A DNA stretch of 64,000 nt from Patescibacteria group bacterium (GCA_035510735.1 DATKGN010000008.1:12466-76465); one strand, 5' to 3'. Counted from the first letter of the stretch, positions 10,254-20,661 are shown. Translations and numbers: made by a program. Notes: generated from the letters alone by a model not told the origin.

Positions 10254-11537
10254 TCAAACCCCAATCTGACCCGCCCGCTTCGCCGTATCTTCAGCGAGGC
10301 GAGCTAATTTCATCTGCAGGCTATAAATTTCTATAAATCCTGCCGATGCATTCACGTTAAAGTCATACCCCTCACTCTTGGTAAATGATGTATAGGCCAA
10401 AGCATTAGGCGACTCCATCGCGACAACATCAACTTTTCCTTTAAAAATTTTTATGGTCACGACACCCGCCACGTTTGCATTTACCTGATCATTAAACTGG
10501 TTTATCGCCATCATGACCGGGTCATACCAAAGCGCGTTGTAGCAGAGGTATCCCCATTTGACGTCAAGCTCAGCTTTGAGTTCGTTGAGCTTCTGCGTCG
10601 AAACGTATTTCTCCAGCGCCTTATGCGCTTCGATAATGACGGCGGCTCCCGGCAACTCGTAGACGCCGCTATTTTTAAGCCCGACCAGACGGTCCTCTAC
10701 CATGTGGACGACGCCGACACCGTGAGCACCCGCGATCACGTTAAGCTTAATAATGAGATCACTGAGCTTCATTGGTTTTCCGTTTAACCCTACAGGTAAA
10801 CCATTTTTGAATATCAGGGTAAGATATTCCGGTTTGTCTGGTGCATTCGTGGCAAGCGAATAGGTCGTCAAAAATTTCTCAATCGGAGAAATCACCGCAG
10901 GGTCCTCTATCTCCCCGCCTTCCCACGTCATGCCCCACATGTTATCGTCAACACTATAGGGAAAATCTAATGTCGCTGGAACCGGTATACCGTGCTTTAT
11001 GGCAAATTTAATTTCATCATTCCTGTCCATATCCCATTCACGGACGGGTGCGATGATTTTAATTTTGGGATTCAATGCAAGCATATAACCCTCCAACCGC
11101 ACCTGATCGTTCCCCTTCCCTGTGCAGCCGTGCGCAATGGCATCAATGTTGTGCTTCTTTGCCATTTCAACAGCCTTTTTGGCTATGATTGCCCTCCCCA
11201 TCGGAGTCGAGAGATAATAATTACCCTGATAACTTGCGTTCGCCTTGATACCTTTTGCGAGAAATTCGTCGGCAAATTCATCCTTCACATCAAGCGTTAT
11301 CGCCTTGACTGCCCCGAGCTTCAGGGCTTTTTTCTTGATGGCAACAAGGTCATCCTGCTGCTGTCCGATATCAAGGGTAAGAGCAATAATATGAGCTTTA
11401 TACTGATCCTTAATCCATTTGAGCATCACGCTGGTATCAAGCCCGCCGGAGTACAGGAGTAAAACCTTCTTCACGTCTCCGGCTTTGGCTTCATATGACG
11501 ATGTCTTAACATACTTTGTTTTCGTTTTCATATTCAT
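10254..11537 (-). CDS. argG: argininosuccinate synthase
   Basis: LLLYSGGLDTSV PP-loop, full-length similarity pattern to ArgG. Confidence 0.85.
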   Translation of the reverse strand: MNMKTKTKYVKTSSYEAKAGDVKKVLLLYSGGLDTSVMLKWIKDQYKAHIIALTLDIGQQQDDLVAIKKKALKLGAVKAITLDVKDEFADEFLAKGIKANASYQGNYYLSTPMGRAIIAKKAVEMAKKHNIDAIAHGCTGKGNDQVRLEGYMLALNPKIKIIAPVREWDMDRNDEIKFAIKHGIPVPATLDFPYSVDDNMWGMTWEGGEIEDPAVISPIEKFLTTYSLATNAPDKPEYLTLIFKNGLPVGLNGKPMKLSDLIIKLNVIAGAHGVGVVHMVEDRLVGLKNSGVYELPGAAVIIEAHKALEKYVSTQKLNELKAELDVKWGYLCYNALWYDPVMMAINQFNDQVNANVAGVVTIKIFKGKVDVVAMESPNALAYTSFTKSEGYDFNVNASAGFIEIYSLQMKLARLAEDTAKRAGQIGV

Positions 11538-11555
11538 TCACTTCCTCTCATAAAC

Positions 11556-13073
11556 TTACTTCCCTCCCGAAATCAGTTTTGAAATTGCATGAATTGTCGC
11601 TTCATGCGCCAAATGTAATGCGTGCTGCATTTTTGTTGACCACGCAGTAAGATCTTTCAAATCTTTCGAAAGTATCCGGACGGCCTTCTCTCCAGCTTGA
11701 ATACCTGGACCTCCGAAAACTTTGGTAAGTCCGATAATCCGCTCCGGATCCTGCCACGCTGCAACATCTGAGGCAGTAATGGCAATCGTAATATTTTCTT
11801 CCGTAAGCGCTTGTTGGAGCGCCTCAAAGGTCACAATTTCATGACCTTTGGAATATTTCACGCCTTTTTCAATAATAACTTTTGCCTTTCTCATCGGGAG
11901 CCCGAAAACCCCGGTGATTTGCTCCATAAGGCTCGTCGCACCGATAAATCCTTTTTTACTCCAGGCGAGCATAACCTCTTTATTCACCGTAAGGCTTTCA
12001 ATGACGCCCTTCATAACAACCGGCGCCAGGATACATTCCGAAATAACATCCATAACCATATACTTCGTCCACTGCGAATCACGGTTGTAGCCGATAAAAT
12101 TGCTCTTCCCAATGCCGAGTAAACCCGTGAGGGTACCCTGCGCATACGCCGCTTTCCCTTTTATAACTTCCAGAGGATCCGGATTTTTTTTCTGCGGCAT
12201 TACCGAGCTCCCTGTCGAAAATTGGTCAGCAACCGTCGTCATCCCGAACTCGGGCGTCGACAGAAGGATCAATGTCTGGGCCATAAGCGACAAATGATTC
12301 ATGAGGATAACAATGGCGTAGGCCAGGTCAGCCTCCGGTTCCCAACGGTTAGTGACGGGGTCAAGTGAATTGACTTGTGCTCCATCAAAACCCAGAAGTT
12401 TGGCACTGTACGCACGGTCGAGCGGAAATAGCGTGCCGTAGGACGTACTACTTCCAAGCGGACTTGAATTATGAAGGTCAAACCAAAGGGAAAACCGTTT
12501 GGCGTCGCGTACCATCATGGCGGCAAAAGCGGTAAGCATATGCCCATATGTCGTAACCATCGCATGCTGATGATGCGTAAATCCCGGCATAACGGTCCCT
12601 TCATGCTTTTTCGCTTGGCTAAGAAGCGCAATGGCTAATTGAGTTGTTCCATCAATAAAGGCTAATACCTGATCCCTGAGATACATCCGCACGTCGGTGA
12701 CGACCTGATCATTGCGCGAGCGCGCCGTATGGAGCTTACCCGCGGCCTCAATCCCATATTTTTTCGTGAGCCATGATTCAATGTTCGTGTGCACATCCTC
12801 TTTCTTCGGATCAAGGATAAATTTACCGGCCGATGCAAGTTTTTCTATTTCAGACAAACCTTTGAGAATCTTTTTGGCATCAGTAACGGGTATAATCCCC
12901 TGTTTGGCAAGCATCAGGCAATGTGCCTCGTTAAGCCATATGTCGTAGGGAATGAGTTTGGTGTCAGAGGCAGGAATCGGCGCCACATCACGACCTGCGG
13001 CAAATGATATGACCGCTTCGCTTGGCGTCTGGCTAAAAGCCGCGCCCCATAATTGTTTTGTTTGTTGTTTCAT
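11556..13073 (-). CDS. argH: argininosuccinate lyase
   Basis: SRNDQV and GSSVMPQKKNPD fumarate-lyase signatures; start set at MKQQTKQLWG preceded by AAGGAGG RBS (ORF opens at 13268). Confidence 0.85.
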   Translation of the reverse strand: MKQQTKQLWGAAFSQTPSEAVISFAAGRDVAPIPASDTKLIPYDIWLNEAHCLMLAKQGIIPVTDAKKILKGLSEIEKLASAGKFILDPKKEDVHTNIESWLTKKYGIEAAGKLHTARSRNDQVVTDVRMYLRDQVLAFIDGTTQLAIALLSQAKKHEGTVMPGFTHHQHAMVTTYGHMLTAFAAMMVRDAKRFSLWFDLHNSSPLGSSTSYGTLFPLDRAYSAKLLGFDGAQVNSLDPVTNRWEPEADLAYAIVILMNHLSLMAQTLILLSTPEFGMTTVADQFSTGSSVMPQKKNPDPLEVIKGKAAYAQGTLTGLLGIGKSNFIGYNRDSQWTKYMVMDVISECILAPVVMKGVIESLTVNKEVMLAWSKKGFIGATSLMEQITGVFGLPMRKAKVIIEKGVKYSKGHEIVTFEALQQALTEENITIAITASDVAAWQDPERIIGLTKVFGGPGIQAGEKAVRILSKDLKDLTAWSTKMQHALHLAHEATIHAISKLISGGK

Positions 13074-13777
13074 ATATCCTCCTTTTAAAATATCTTTCAA
13101 CGTTATACCACTGTTACGCTCTCTAATACTATCGACAAAACATGGTGCCCTACCTCCTCCACATCCTCCTGCGCTCAAATTCGCCTCGAGGATTACATCC
13201 ACGCCACAATCCCAGTAGAACGCTCGCCGTTCCCGTGCTCGGAGTTTATCCCGCTTGGCGGGATGCACGCGTCACGGTGTCGCGTCTACGGGATTTGTGG
13301 TTTCTAGATTCGCGAATATGAATTCGCTCATCAAGTAACCACAAAAAAATCCCCTTGAGCCTCGATCCCTAAAGAGGGATGGAGGCGCAAAGGGACGTTT
13401 AGGTGTAATTTTCGTTTTCGTTCTTCTATGAACTATTCACTACTCACTATGTACTAATTCGTGGTGCCACCCTGATTTTCAATCAATGTCCTTGGGGGAC
13501 AATAAAAACCTCTGTTTATGCCCCTCGACATTGCTCGGGACTTGCCTTGACAGAAGGTTATGATTGACTCGTTTATGTTTCTACTTTCCCTCGATTTCTC
13601 TCGGGATTTCTTCGAAACTGGCTCCGGAGCTCGACCCCAGCTGCTCGCGAGCGGCTGGGTTCTCCTTCAACGCCAAAACTGCTATTAAATTGTTAGGTAA
13701 TTAATTTACAACTAAATGGACGCCGTGTCAAGAGGCAATTTTTCGTGTATCAATACAGTTGATGGTGATGGGCTGGG

Positions 13778-15115
13778 TCAATACCCCAAAATATTCAGAT
13801 GTTCACCGACCCTTTTCCAAAATTGTTCCACTCCTTTTGATGAGAGTTCCGGACTGTCCACGTAACCGGTAAAACGCACCATTGAAGCAAAAATTTTATG
13901 TTCCAGGCACCAGCCGATAAATTGCGCCGAAACAACTGAATGAACCGGAAGCCGTAAAGCCCGCCACGTTTTCGCCCGCAATAACAGTGTATCGCTTGGT
14001 TTTTTCCCACGGGCCGCTTCATGCCATAATTCCTGCTGTTCCTGTTTGTCTGGGAGAAGTTGGTGGCGCATGAGGAACCGGATGTTATCCCATTCCTGAC
14101 GGCCAACCGGATCGGAGAAGAGAAGTATGGATCCGCCGCGCTCGCGGGGTTTTAAAAGCGCCTTAAACGACTGTTCTGATGGTTTTGTCACCTCAAGCGA
14201 GATGACTTCATGCTCATATAATGCTTCAAATAATTCAACAACCTCCCGATGAGATGAAGATACATGGAGCTTTACATTAGGTTTTCCGATCATATGCCCT
14301 AAAAATGTCGTCGTTGACGGAGATTGCTGCGAAATAATATGGAACATGAAGCGGTCGGTATGCCGGTCTAATTCACTAATAAGTTTCTCAAAATAGGTTA
14401 ACTGCACGGCGGCTCCGGATACAGGAATTGCCATATGAATTGTGGCTAATTTCATTGGATCAAGTTGATGGATGCGCCTCCTGTAGGCCTGTTCAGATAA
14501 TGAAACTCCCAGATTCGGACTTACCATATACGGTAAAACTATATACCGAGAGCTCGGCAGGTCTTTCTGGCTATGGTGATATATTTCTAGCGCCCGTTTC
14601 GTATACTCACTGGGAACAAAAATGAGATCAGCTCCACCGACCGCCCAAAAATGCTGAGGCGAATCATCCGTGACAACGACAATCAAAACCATGCGTATAT
14701 TATTGGTTTTGGCAAATTCATCTTTCATTGCAGCAAGCTGGTGACCTAAAATCATATGCGTCGCAACCACGAGAAGCGTTTTCGGTTTTATCACGTGCTC
14801 CTCAAGGATCGTCTGCAGCTGCTCGGTGATGAGCTTCGTCTGACTTCGGAAATATCGCCGGGCCAAAACGGTAAATACGTCTTCAGCCCACCCGTGCTGG
14901 GTAAACTCCATCACATTACGGAAAAACGGATGGATGCTGGTGAGCGCGTGAATCGAATTGACGCTTTCATCCTGGGACGAGAGGAGAAGTGCGTGCGCGC
15001 CGGGTGGGAGCCCGTGATAGAGAGCATGACTAACGCGTAGATGACCTAAACCAGTGAGTGCCTGGGCAAGCACAATGACTGTATCTGATGATGCGAGCGG
15101 AGATTCATTGGGCAT
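13778..15115 (-). CDS. hypothetical protein (possible GT-B-like / MGDG-synthase-like glycosyltransferase)
   Basis: 445 aa; N-terminal TGLGHLRVSHAL segment weakly reminiscent of GT28-type N-domain; not confirmed. Confidence 0.3.
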   Translation of the reverse strand: MPNESPLASSDTVIVLAQALTGLGHLRVSHALYHGLPPGAHALLLSSQDESVNSIHALTSIHPFFRNVMEFTQHGWAEDVFTVLARRYFRSQTKLITEQLQTILEEHVIKPKTLLVVATHMILGHQLAAMKDEFAKTNNIRMVLIVVVTDDSPQHFWAVGGADLIFVPSEYTKRALEIYHHSQKDLPSSRYIVLPYMVSPNLGVSLSEQAYRRRIHQLDPMKLATIHMAIPVSGAAVQLTYFEKLISELDRHTDRFMFHIISQQSPSTTTFLGHMIGKPNVKLHVSSSHREVVELFEALYEHEVISLEVTKPSEQSFKALLKPRERGGSILLFSDPVGRQEWDNIRFLMRHQLLPDKQEQQELWHEAARGKKPSDTLLLRAKTWRALRLPVHSVVSAQFIGWCLEHKIFASMVRFTGYVDSPELSSKGVEQFWKRVGEHLNILGY

Positions 15116-15161
15116 ATGATTAGTGTAGAACCCTTAAAGATGCTTCGCAAGTAAATAGTTC

Positions 15162-16073
15162 TTATGAATGCAGGATATTCCAATGGTCTCCGTCACTCAC
15201 GACCTCAATATCTCCTGCCTTATCTGTTCTCAGAACCTGGGAACCGATGTTTTGGAGGATAGTAATAATCTCTTTTGCCGGCTGACCATACGAATTATTC
15301 CCGACAGAAATGACTGCGAGCTTCGGGTGTATCCACTCAATAAAATCCTTCGTGAGGCCGGTTTTGCTTCCGTGGTGCGGCACTTTTAATACTTCTACTT
15401 CATTATCTGCTAATGGTAGGCCTGTATAACGCGGCTCCACACGGCTATCCGCATCTCCCGGATATATCACATCAAACGTCCTGTAATGTAATTCAAAAAC
15501 AACACAATAGTCGTTTAATGTCGCAATCACGCTGGCAGGCTCGTCCGTCGAAGCTGCTCCCAGTACGTTGGTAAGACCGACGCCATGGGCTTTAGCAATT
15601 TGAGCACTTGTTGGCCACAGTACCAAGAGGGAAGTGGGACCAATGGTGATTCGGTCACCCTGTGTGAGAAGCTTAACCGGAATATGTCTCTTCTGTATAG
15701 CGCCCATAAACTGTTTATATTCTTCCGAGGTGTTGGCCACATCGCTTTTAAAAACGTAGGAAACATCAAACCGGTTAAGGACCGAAACTAATCCCGCCAT
15801 GTGGTCCTTTTGCGGATGGGAAAGGACAACCATGTCGATGTGGCGGTCCCAAAACGGCATATGACGCCCGAGGCAGGTGAGCACGCGATCATCCGGGCCG
15901 CCGTCAATGAGCATATCGCGGCCGTCCGGAAGTCGCACATAGGAAGCATCGCCCTGGCCAACGTTACAAAAGACCACATGGAGCTTACCGTCAGGCTGCG
16001 TCCAGATAAACGCTAATAGGATAAGTAAGCCTGTAACAATACCGCTCATGAGATACCCGATACGTAATTTCAT
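15162..16073 (-). CDS. comEC: ComEC/Rec2 C-terminal metallo-beta-lactamase domain protein (separate ORF)
   Basis: NVGQGDA and SHPQKDH MBL motifs, VPHHGS; N-terminal TM helix. Confidence 0.75.
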   Translation of the reverse strand: MKLRIGYLMSGIVTGLLILLAFIWTQPDGKLHVVFCNVGQGDASYVRLPDGRDMLIDGGPDDRVLTCLGRHMPFWDRHIDMVVLSHPQKDHMAGLVSVLNRFDVSYVFKSDVANTSEEYKQFMGAIQKRHIPVKLLTQGDRITIGPTSLLVLWPTSAQIAKAHGVGLTNVLGAASTDEPASVIATLNDYCVVFELHYRTFDVIYPGDADSRVEPRYTGLPLADNEVEVLKVPHHGSKTGLTKDFIEWIHPKLAVISVGNNSYGQPAKEIITILQNIGSQVLRTDKAGDIEVVSDGDHWNILHS

Positions 16074-16078
16074 AATAT

Positions 16079-16162
16079 TGTCATCGCGAGACCGTTCCGA
16101 CGGCGCGGCGATCCCATCATGTTTGAGATTGCTTCTCCGTCAGCCGACGGATCGCAATGACA
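16079..16162. repeat. palindromic MITE/REP-like element (copy 1 of 3) filling the gap between the two comEC ORFs
   Basis: TGTCATCGCGAGACCGTTC...GATCGCAATGACA terminal inverted repeats; related copies at 53612-53703 and 54775-54866. Confidence 0.65.
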
Positions 16163-17119
16163 TTAGAAACTAATACTCGCAAACGGAATTTTAGCCGTCA
16201 GATCAATGATCCAAAGCACATACGTAAGTGGCAGCCACACAAACCAAGCGACGAGCTGTGCGAGCGGCATAAAGAACATGCCCATTATTATGACAGTAAA
16301 GCCAAGTGCCATAATCGGTGCCATGAGCCAGCCGATGAGAATATTTGTGAGAGGAGAGATAAGGGAAATCCTGTGAAGCTGAAACAAAATAATCGGGATG
16401 GTAAACGCCTGAGCGGCGAGTGTAACCCGGAGATCATCGGCGATAAGTAACCAAAGCCATCGTATAAGGCGTTGAGGATACGTATTTTGAGGAGCACTGA
16501 AGGTGCGCCCGATATCAACTTTAACATTTCCATCTAAGGATATTGGCGCAGCTTCACTGAGTGAAGCGGTGGTGTGGCGATTGGTAGCTAGATTAATCCG
16601 CTTCGCGCCTCCGAAAAATACTGCATCCGAAACGCCGCTAGTAGAGCCAAAAATAATAATCCCCAGCGTAGCCATAACGGAAAGCTGGAACGAAAGATCG
16701 CCGATCCATGGGGGATTTAGCAATAGCATAATAATGACTGCTAATATCCAACTCAATAACGGCCATTTTTGCCTCCCAAAAGCTACTGATAGAAGTGATA
16801 TTCCGCCCATAATACCGGCCCGTATAACGCTTGGAGAGGGTCCGACAAAGAAAATAAACCCTATAATTATAACTATGGTCAATAAGTTTGCTATAGGACG
16901 TCGAAATACCTTATAGAGTACAAGACCTACCAGTGTTACGAGAATCGAGATATTCATTCCCGACAATGCGATGATGTGAAGCGTACCGGTTTCAATAAGA
17001 GAATTCTTAAGAGACGGATCCAATGTCGCCTTGGTACCGAATATAATTCCGTTAAGAAGTCCGGCCTGCGGTTCATGCAATAGACTGTTAATAAGGCCCG
17101 TTAATGTTTCAAGTGACAT
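16163..17119 (-). CDS. comEC: ComEC competence-domain (membrane channel) protein
   Basis: Polytopic; ALSGMNISIL and GFQLSVMATLGII motifs typical of the ComEC competence domain. Confidence 0.7.
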   Translation of the reverse strand: MSLETLTGLINSLLHEPQAGLLNGIIFGTKATLDPSLKNSLIETGTLHIIALSGMNISILVTLVGLVLYKVFRRPIANLLTIVIIIGFIFFVGPSPSVIRAGIMGGISLLSVAFGRQKWPLLSWILAVIIMLLLNPPWIGDLSFQLSVMATLGIIIFGSTSGVSDAVFFGGAKRINLATNRHTTASLSEAAPISLDGNVKVDIGRTFSAPQNTYPQRLIRWLWLLIADDLRVTLAAQAFTIPIILFQLHRISLISPLTNILIGWLMAPIMALGFTVIIMGMFFMPLAQLVAWFVWLPLTYVLWIIDLTAKIPFASISF

Positions 17120-17160
17120 AGAATTGATAAGCCCGCCGGAAATTAAGCCGTCCTGGACGA

Positions 17161-17892
17161 TTACAGTGACAGGCTGTTTTTCAATTTTTCAAGTAACGAC
17201 GGGCCAATTGCCTTTTTCGCAACCAAGTCATCCAAACTGCCATACGGCCGGTTATCAATAATTTTCTGTGCAGTGATCGGACCGACGCCCGGAAGCGAAT
17301 CTAATTCATCTTTAGAGGCCATATTAACCGAAATAAGAGCGGTATTTTGCGACTGGCCATTCGAACTATTACTGAGATTGTACGACGTCTCGTTGAGACG
17401 TTCGTACGAATCTCCATTGTGCGATGTCTCATCCACCGTCGGAATATATATTTTCATCCCGTCACTAACTTTCATGGCGCGGTTTATATTTTTTGCAACA
17501 TAATCCGTGTCTGCATTTGACAACATCCCGCCGGCAGCAATAATCGCATCCTCTACCCTCGCGTCCACAGGCACCATAGTTACACCGGGATGCACGACCG
17601 CACCCTCAATATCAAGGGTAATTAGCTTCAAATTAGCAGAACCACTAGCTTGATTGCTAGTATTTTGCGAGCCTCCGTCATGCGTAAACTCAATCGGTTG
17701 ATCATTTTGAGTTGATTTCACTAAAAGCACAAGCGAGATACCGATACAGACAAGGCTAACTACGCCCAATAGTATCGGCAGTTTATAAAGTCGCCAAATT
17801 CCCGCAAAAATGTTTTCACTCTCATCTTGGGCAGGATCCATTAGCAGCATTAGAACATAATGGCGAAATAAAGTCTGTGAGCTGGAAGACAA
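17161..17892 (-). CDS. comEA: competence protein ComEA (helix-hairpin-helix DNA binding)
   Basis: C-terminal INMASKDELDSLPGVGPITAQKIIDNRPYGSLDDL HhH motif; N-terminal TM anchor. Confidence 0.75.
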   Translation of the reverse strand: MSSSSQTLFRHYVLMLLMDPAQDESENIFAGIWRLYKLPILLGVVSLVCIGISLVLLVKSTQNDQPIEFTHDGGSQNTSNQASGSANLKLITLDIEGAVVHPGVTMVPVDARVEDAIIAAGGMLSNADTDYVAKNINRAMKVSDGMKIYIPTVDETSHNGDSYERLNETSYNLSNSSNGQSQNTALISVNMASKDELDSLPGVGPITAQKIIDNRPYGSLDDLVAKKAIGPSLLEKLKNSLSL

Positions 17893-17919
17893 ACGCGGTG
17901 ATGAAAAGCAAGAAAGAAG

Positions 17920-20652
17920 CTACACGACGACCAAATTCATGAGTTTTCCCGATATAAATATTGTTTTGACAACCCGTTTTCCTTCAATATGGCGTTTCAC
18001 CCGCTCAGAAGCATGTACAAGAGCTTCTACGTGGGCCTTATCCTGCCCGTCCTTTTGAGATAATGAGATTGTATCTCTAACTTTCCCATTCACCTGAACA
18101 ACAAGTGTAATACGTTCTTCTTTTACCTTGGTCAGATCGAATGCCGGCCATAACTGAACGTGTACCGAGTCTTTTGCGCTGTATTCTGATTCTTTTTTAC
18201 CACTTAGAAGAAACCATAATTCCTCCGCCACGTGCGGTGCAAACGGCGCAAGGAGTAATACGAGTTGCTTGAATTCATTTTTGCCTATTTGACCTTCCTC
18301 GTCAGCGACTAAATTCGTAAATTCCATCATAGAGGCTATTGCGGTATTATACCGTCGTTTTTCAAGATCATCCCCAACCTTTTGGATCAGTTTTTGTAAA
18401 GCAGACTTTACCTTGTCAGAGCAATCTGAATTATTTGTAGCAATCGCCTCCCATAACCGCCAAATCCGCCCAACCCACCGGCTCATACCCTCCATAGCTG
18501 TATCCCGAAAATCGCCGCCCTGGTCAAACGGTCCCATGAACATAAGATACAACCGTAGGCTATCGGCGCCGTAGGACGCGATATATTCATCAGGATTCAC
18601 TACATTTCCTTTACTTTTGCTCATTTTTGCTCCGTCTTTGATAACCAGTCCGTGCGCATAGAAACGGGTAAAAGGTTCTTCAAAATCAACGAGTCCCCAA
18701 TCTTTCAGTGCCATCGTAACGAAGCGGCTGTACATGAGATGGAGGACGCTGTGTTCTGCTCCGCCGGTGTACATATCAACAGGAAGCCATCGCCGTGTGA
18801 CCTTCAGATCCCACGGAAGCTGCGAAGATAGAGGATTGAAGATAGAAGATACATTTTCTCTATCTACCTTCGATCTTCTATTTTCTATCTTCTTGTTGAC
18901 ACTCGGGTATCTCAAAAAATACCATGAGCTATCTAAAAATGTATCTGACACATCTGTTTCCCGTACGGCTTTCGCTTTACATCCCGGACAGGTTGTCTCA
19001 TAAAATTCCTTATGTTTTGCAAGCGGAGCCACACCATCATTACCCGGTTTATAATCATCAATACGCGGTAGAACAACCGGAAGCTTATCATCGGGTACTG
19101 GGTACCAACCAGCCATTTCTGAAGCTGCGGCGAGGCGTGTCTTTTCAAGCACCGTCACGCTCTTTTCAGATCGAGCTGACTGATTGTTTGACTTTGAGCT
19201 TGACGAATGCGCAGTAAAAGATACGCCGAGCGAAGCAGCTTCGTCGGTTGTAAACCACGATTTTCCATTCTTTGCGCATTCTTTACAAAAAATCATGGGA
19301 ATCGGCGGGCCCCAATACCGTTGTCGGGAAATTAACCAATCCCGCAGATGATACGTCACAATACGCTTCCCCCACCCATTTTTCTCCAAATAATCCATCA
19401 TTGCATCTATTGCCTTATGAATATTGAGACCATCCAAAAAGCCTGAATTCATCATCACGCCTTCTTCTTCTTGAACTTGTGCGGACTTTGTTATTGATGA
19501 CATATCTCCGTCAACGCCTTTAACCACTCGAATAATGGGCAGGTGGAACGCGGTCGCAAATTCAAAATCACGAAGATCGTGCCCGGGGACTCCCACGACA
19601 GCACCTGTCCCAAACCCCATAACCACGAAATCTGAGATATATAACGGCATTTTCTGACCGGTTAACTGATTTATGCAGTAAAGACCGGTTTCGGCACCTG
19701 TTTTTTTTCTCCCCTCGGCAATTCGATTAGATTCTGATTTATTATAGGCGGCATTAATGTATTTCGTTATTGCAGCGCGCTTATTTTTTTCTATCACTGA
19801 AAGGAGCTGATTGACAAACGGATGCTCGGGAGCCATTACGACAAATGTTGCACCGAAATTGGTATCAGGTCGTGTGGTAAAACAGATAACTTCCCCAACA
19901 CTCTTCCCTTGTTCATCAACAACGGGGTATGTAATATTTATCCCCTCTTTTTTCCCGATCCAATTCTTTTGGGCTATCCGAACTTTCTCTGACCAGTCGA
20001 GGTTTACTCCGCCTTGGGCGGAGCCTGCGACGTTTTCTAATAATTTTCCCGCATATGCGGTAATTCTAAAAAACCATTGTTCTAACGATCTCTTTTCAAC
20101 GATATTACCGCATCTTTCACACTTACCATCGATGACCTGCTCATCTGCTAATACAGTCTTACAACTGGGGCACCAATTGACCTCCGCCTTGCTCCGATAA
20201 GCTAAACCATGCTTAAACATTTGCACGAATAACCACTGTGTCCATCTATAATAATCTATATCATACGTTTCCACTGTTCTGCTCCAATCAAACATTGCAC
20301 CGATCCTATGAAGCTGACCATAATAATTCTTCTCAGTTATCTTCGCGTGATCCATGGGGTGACGACCTATCTTCAATGCATAATTTTCACTATGAATACC
20401 AAATCCATCCAATCCAATCGGCTCAAACACGTCATATCCTTGCATACGCTTAAACCGCCCGTAAACATCTGAACCGGTAAAGGCATACATATTTCCGACA
20501 TGTAAACCCTCTGCCGACGGATATGGAAACATCATGAGGTTGTAGTATGGCTTCTTTGCCGCTTCTATATTAGTACTATTCAATAGCTTCCGGTCCCACC
20601 AAGTTTGCCACTTCGATTCCAGCTGATTAAAATTGTATGTAACTTTCTTCAT
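17920..20652 (-). CDS. leuS: leucyl-tRNA synthetase
   Basis: Class I HIGH-region (PYPSAEGLHVGN), KMSKSKGN motif, length ~910 aa. Confidence 0.85.
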   Translation of the reverse strand: MKKVTYNFNQLESKWQTWWDRKLLNSTNIEAAKKPYYNLMMFPYPSAEGLHVGNMYAFTGSDVYGRFKRMQGYDVFEPIGLDGFGIHSENYALKIGRHPMDHAKITEKNYYGQLHRIGAMFDWSRTVETYDIDYYRWTQWLFVQMFKHGLAYRSKAEVNWCPSCKTVLADEQVIDGKCERCGNIVEKRSLEQWFFRITAYAGKLLENVAGSAQGGVNLDWSEKVRIAQKNWIGKKEGINITYPVVDEQGKSVGEVICFTTRPDTNFGATFVVMAPEHPFVNQLLSVIEKNKRAAITKYINAAYNKSESNRIAEGRKKTGAETGLYCINQLTGQKMPLYISDFVVMGFGTGAVVGVPGHDLRDFEFATAFHLPIIRVVKGVDGDMSSITKSAQVQEEEGVMMNSGFLDGLNIHKAIDAMMDYLEKNGWGKRIVTYHLRDWLISRQRYWGPPIPMIFCKECAKNGKSWFTTDEAASLGVSFTAHSSSSKSNNQSARSEKSVTVLEKTRLAAASEMAGWYPVPDDKLPVVLPRIDDYKPGNDGVAPLAKHKEFYETTCPGCKAKAVRETDVSDTFLDSSWYFLRYPSVNKKIENRRSKVDRENVSSIFNPLSSQLPWDLKVTRRWLPVDMYTGGAEHSVLHLMYSRFVTMALKDWGLVDFEEPFTRFYAHGLVIKDGAKMSKSKGNVVNPDEYIASYGADSLRLYLMFMGPFDQGGDFRDTAMEGMSRWVGRIWRLWEAIATNNSDCSDKVKSALQKLIQKVGDDLEKRRYNTAIASMMEFTNLVADEEGQIGKNEFKQLVLLLAPFAPHVAEELWFLLSGKKESEYSAKDSVHVQLWPAFDLTKVKEERITLVVQVNGKVRDTISLSQKDGQDKAHVEALVHASERVKRHIEGKRVVKTIFISGKLMNLVVV

Positions 20653-20661
20653 GAGCCTCAT

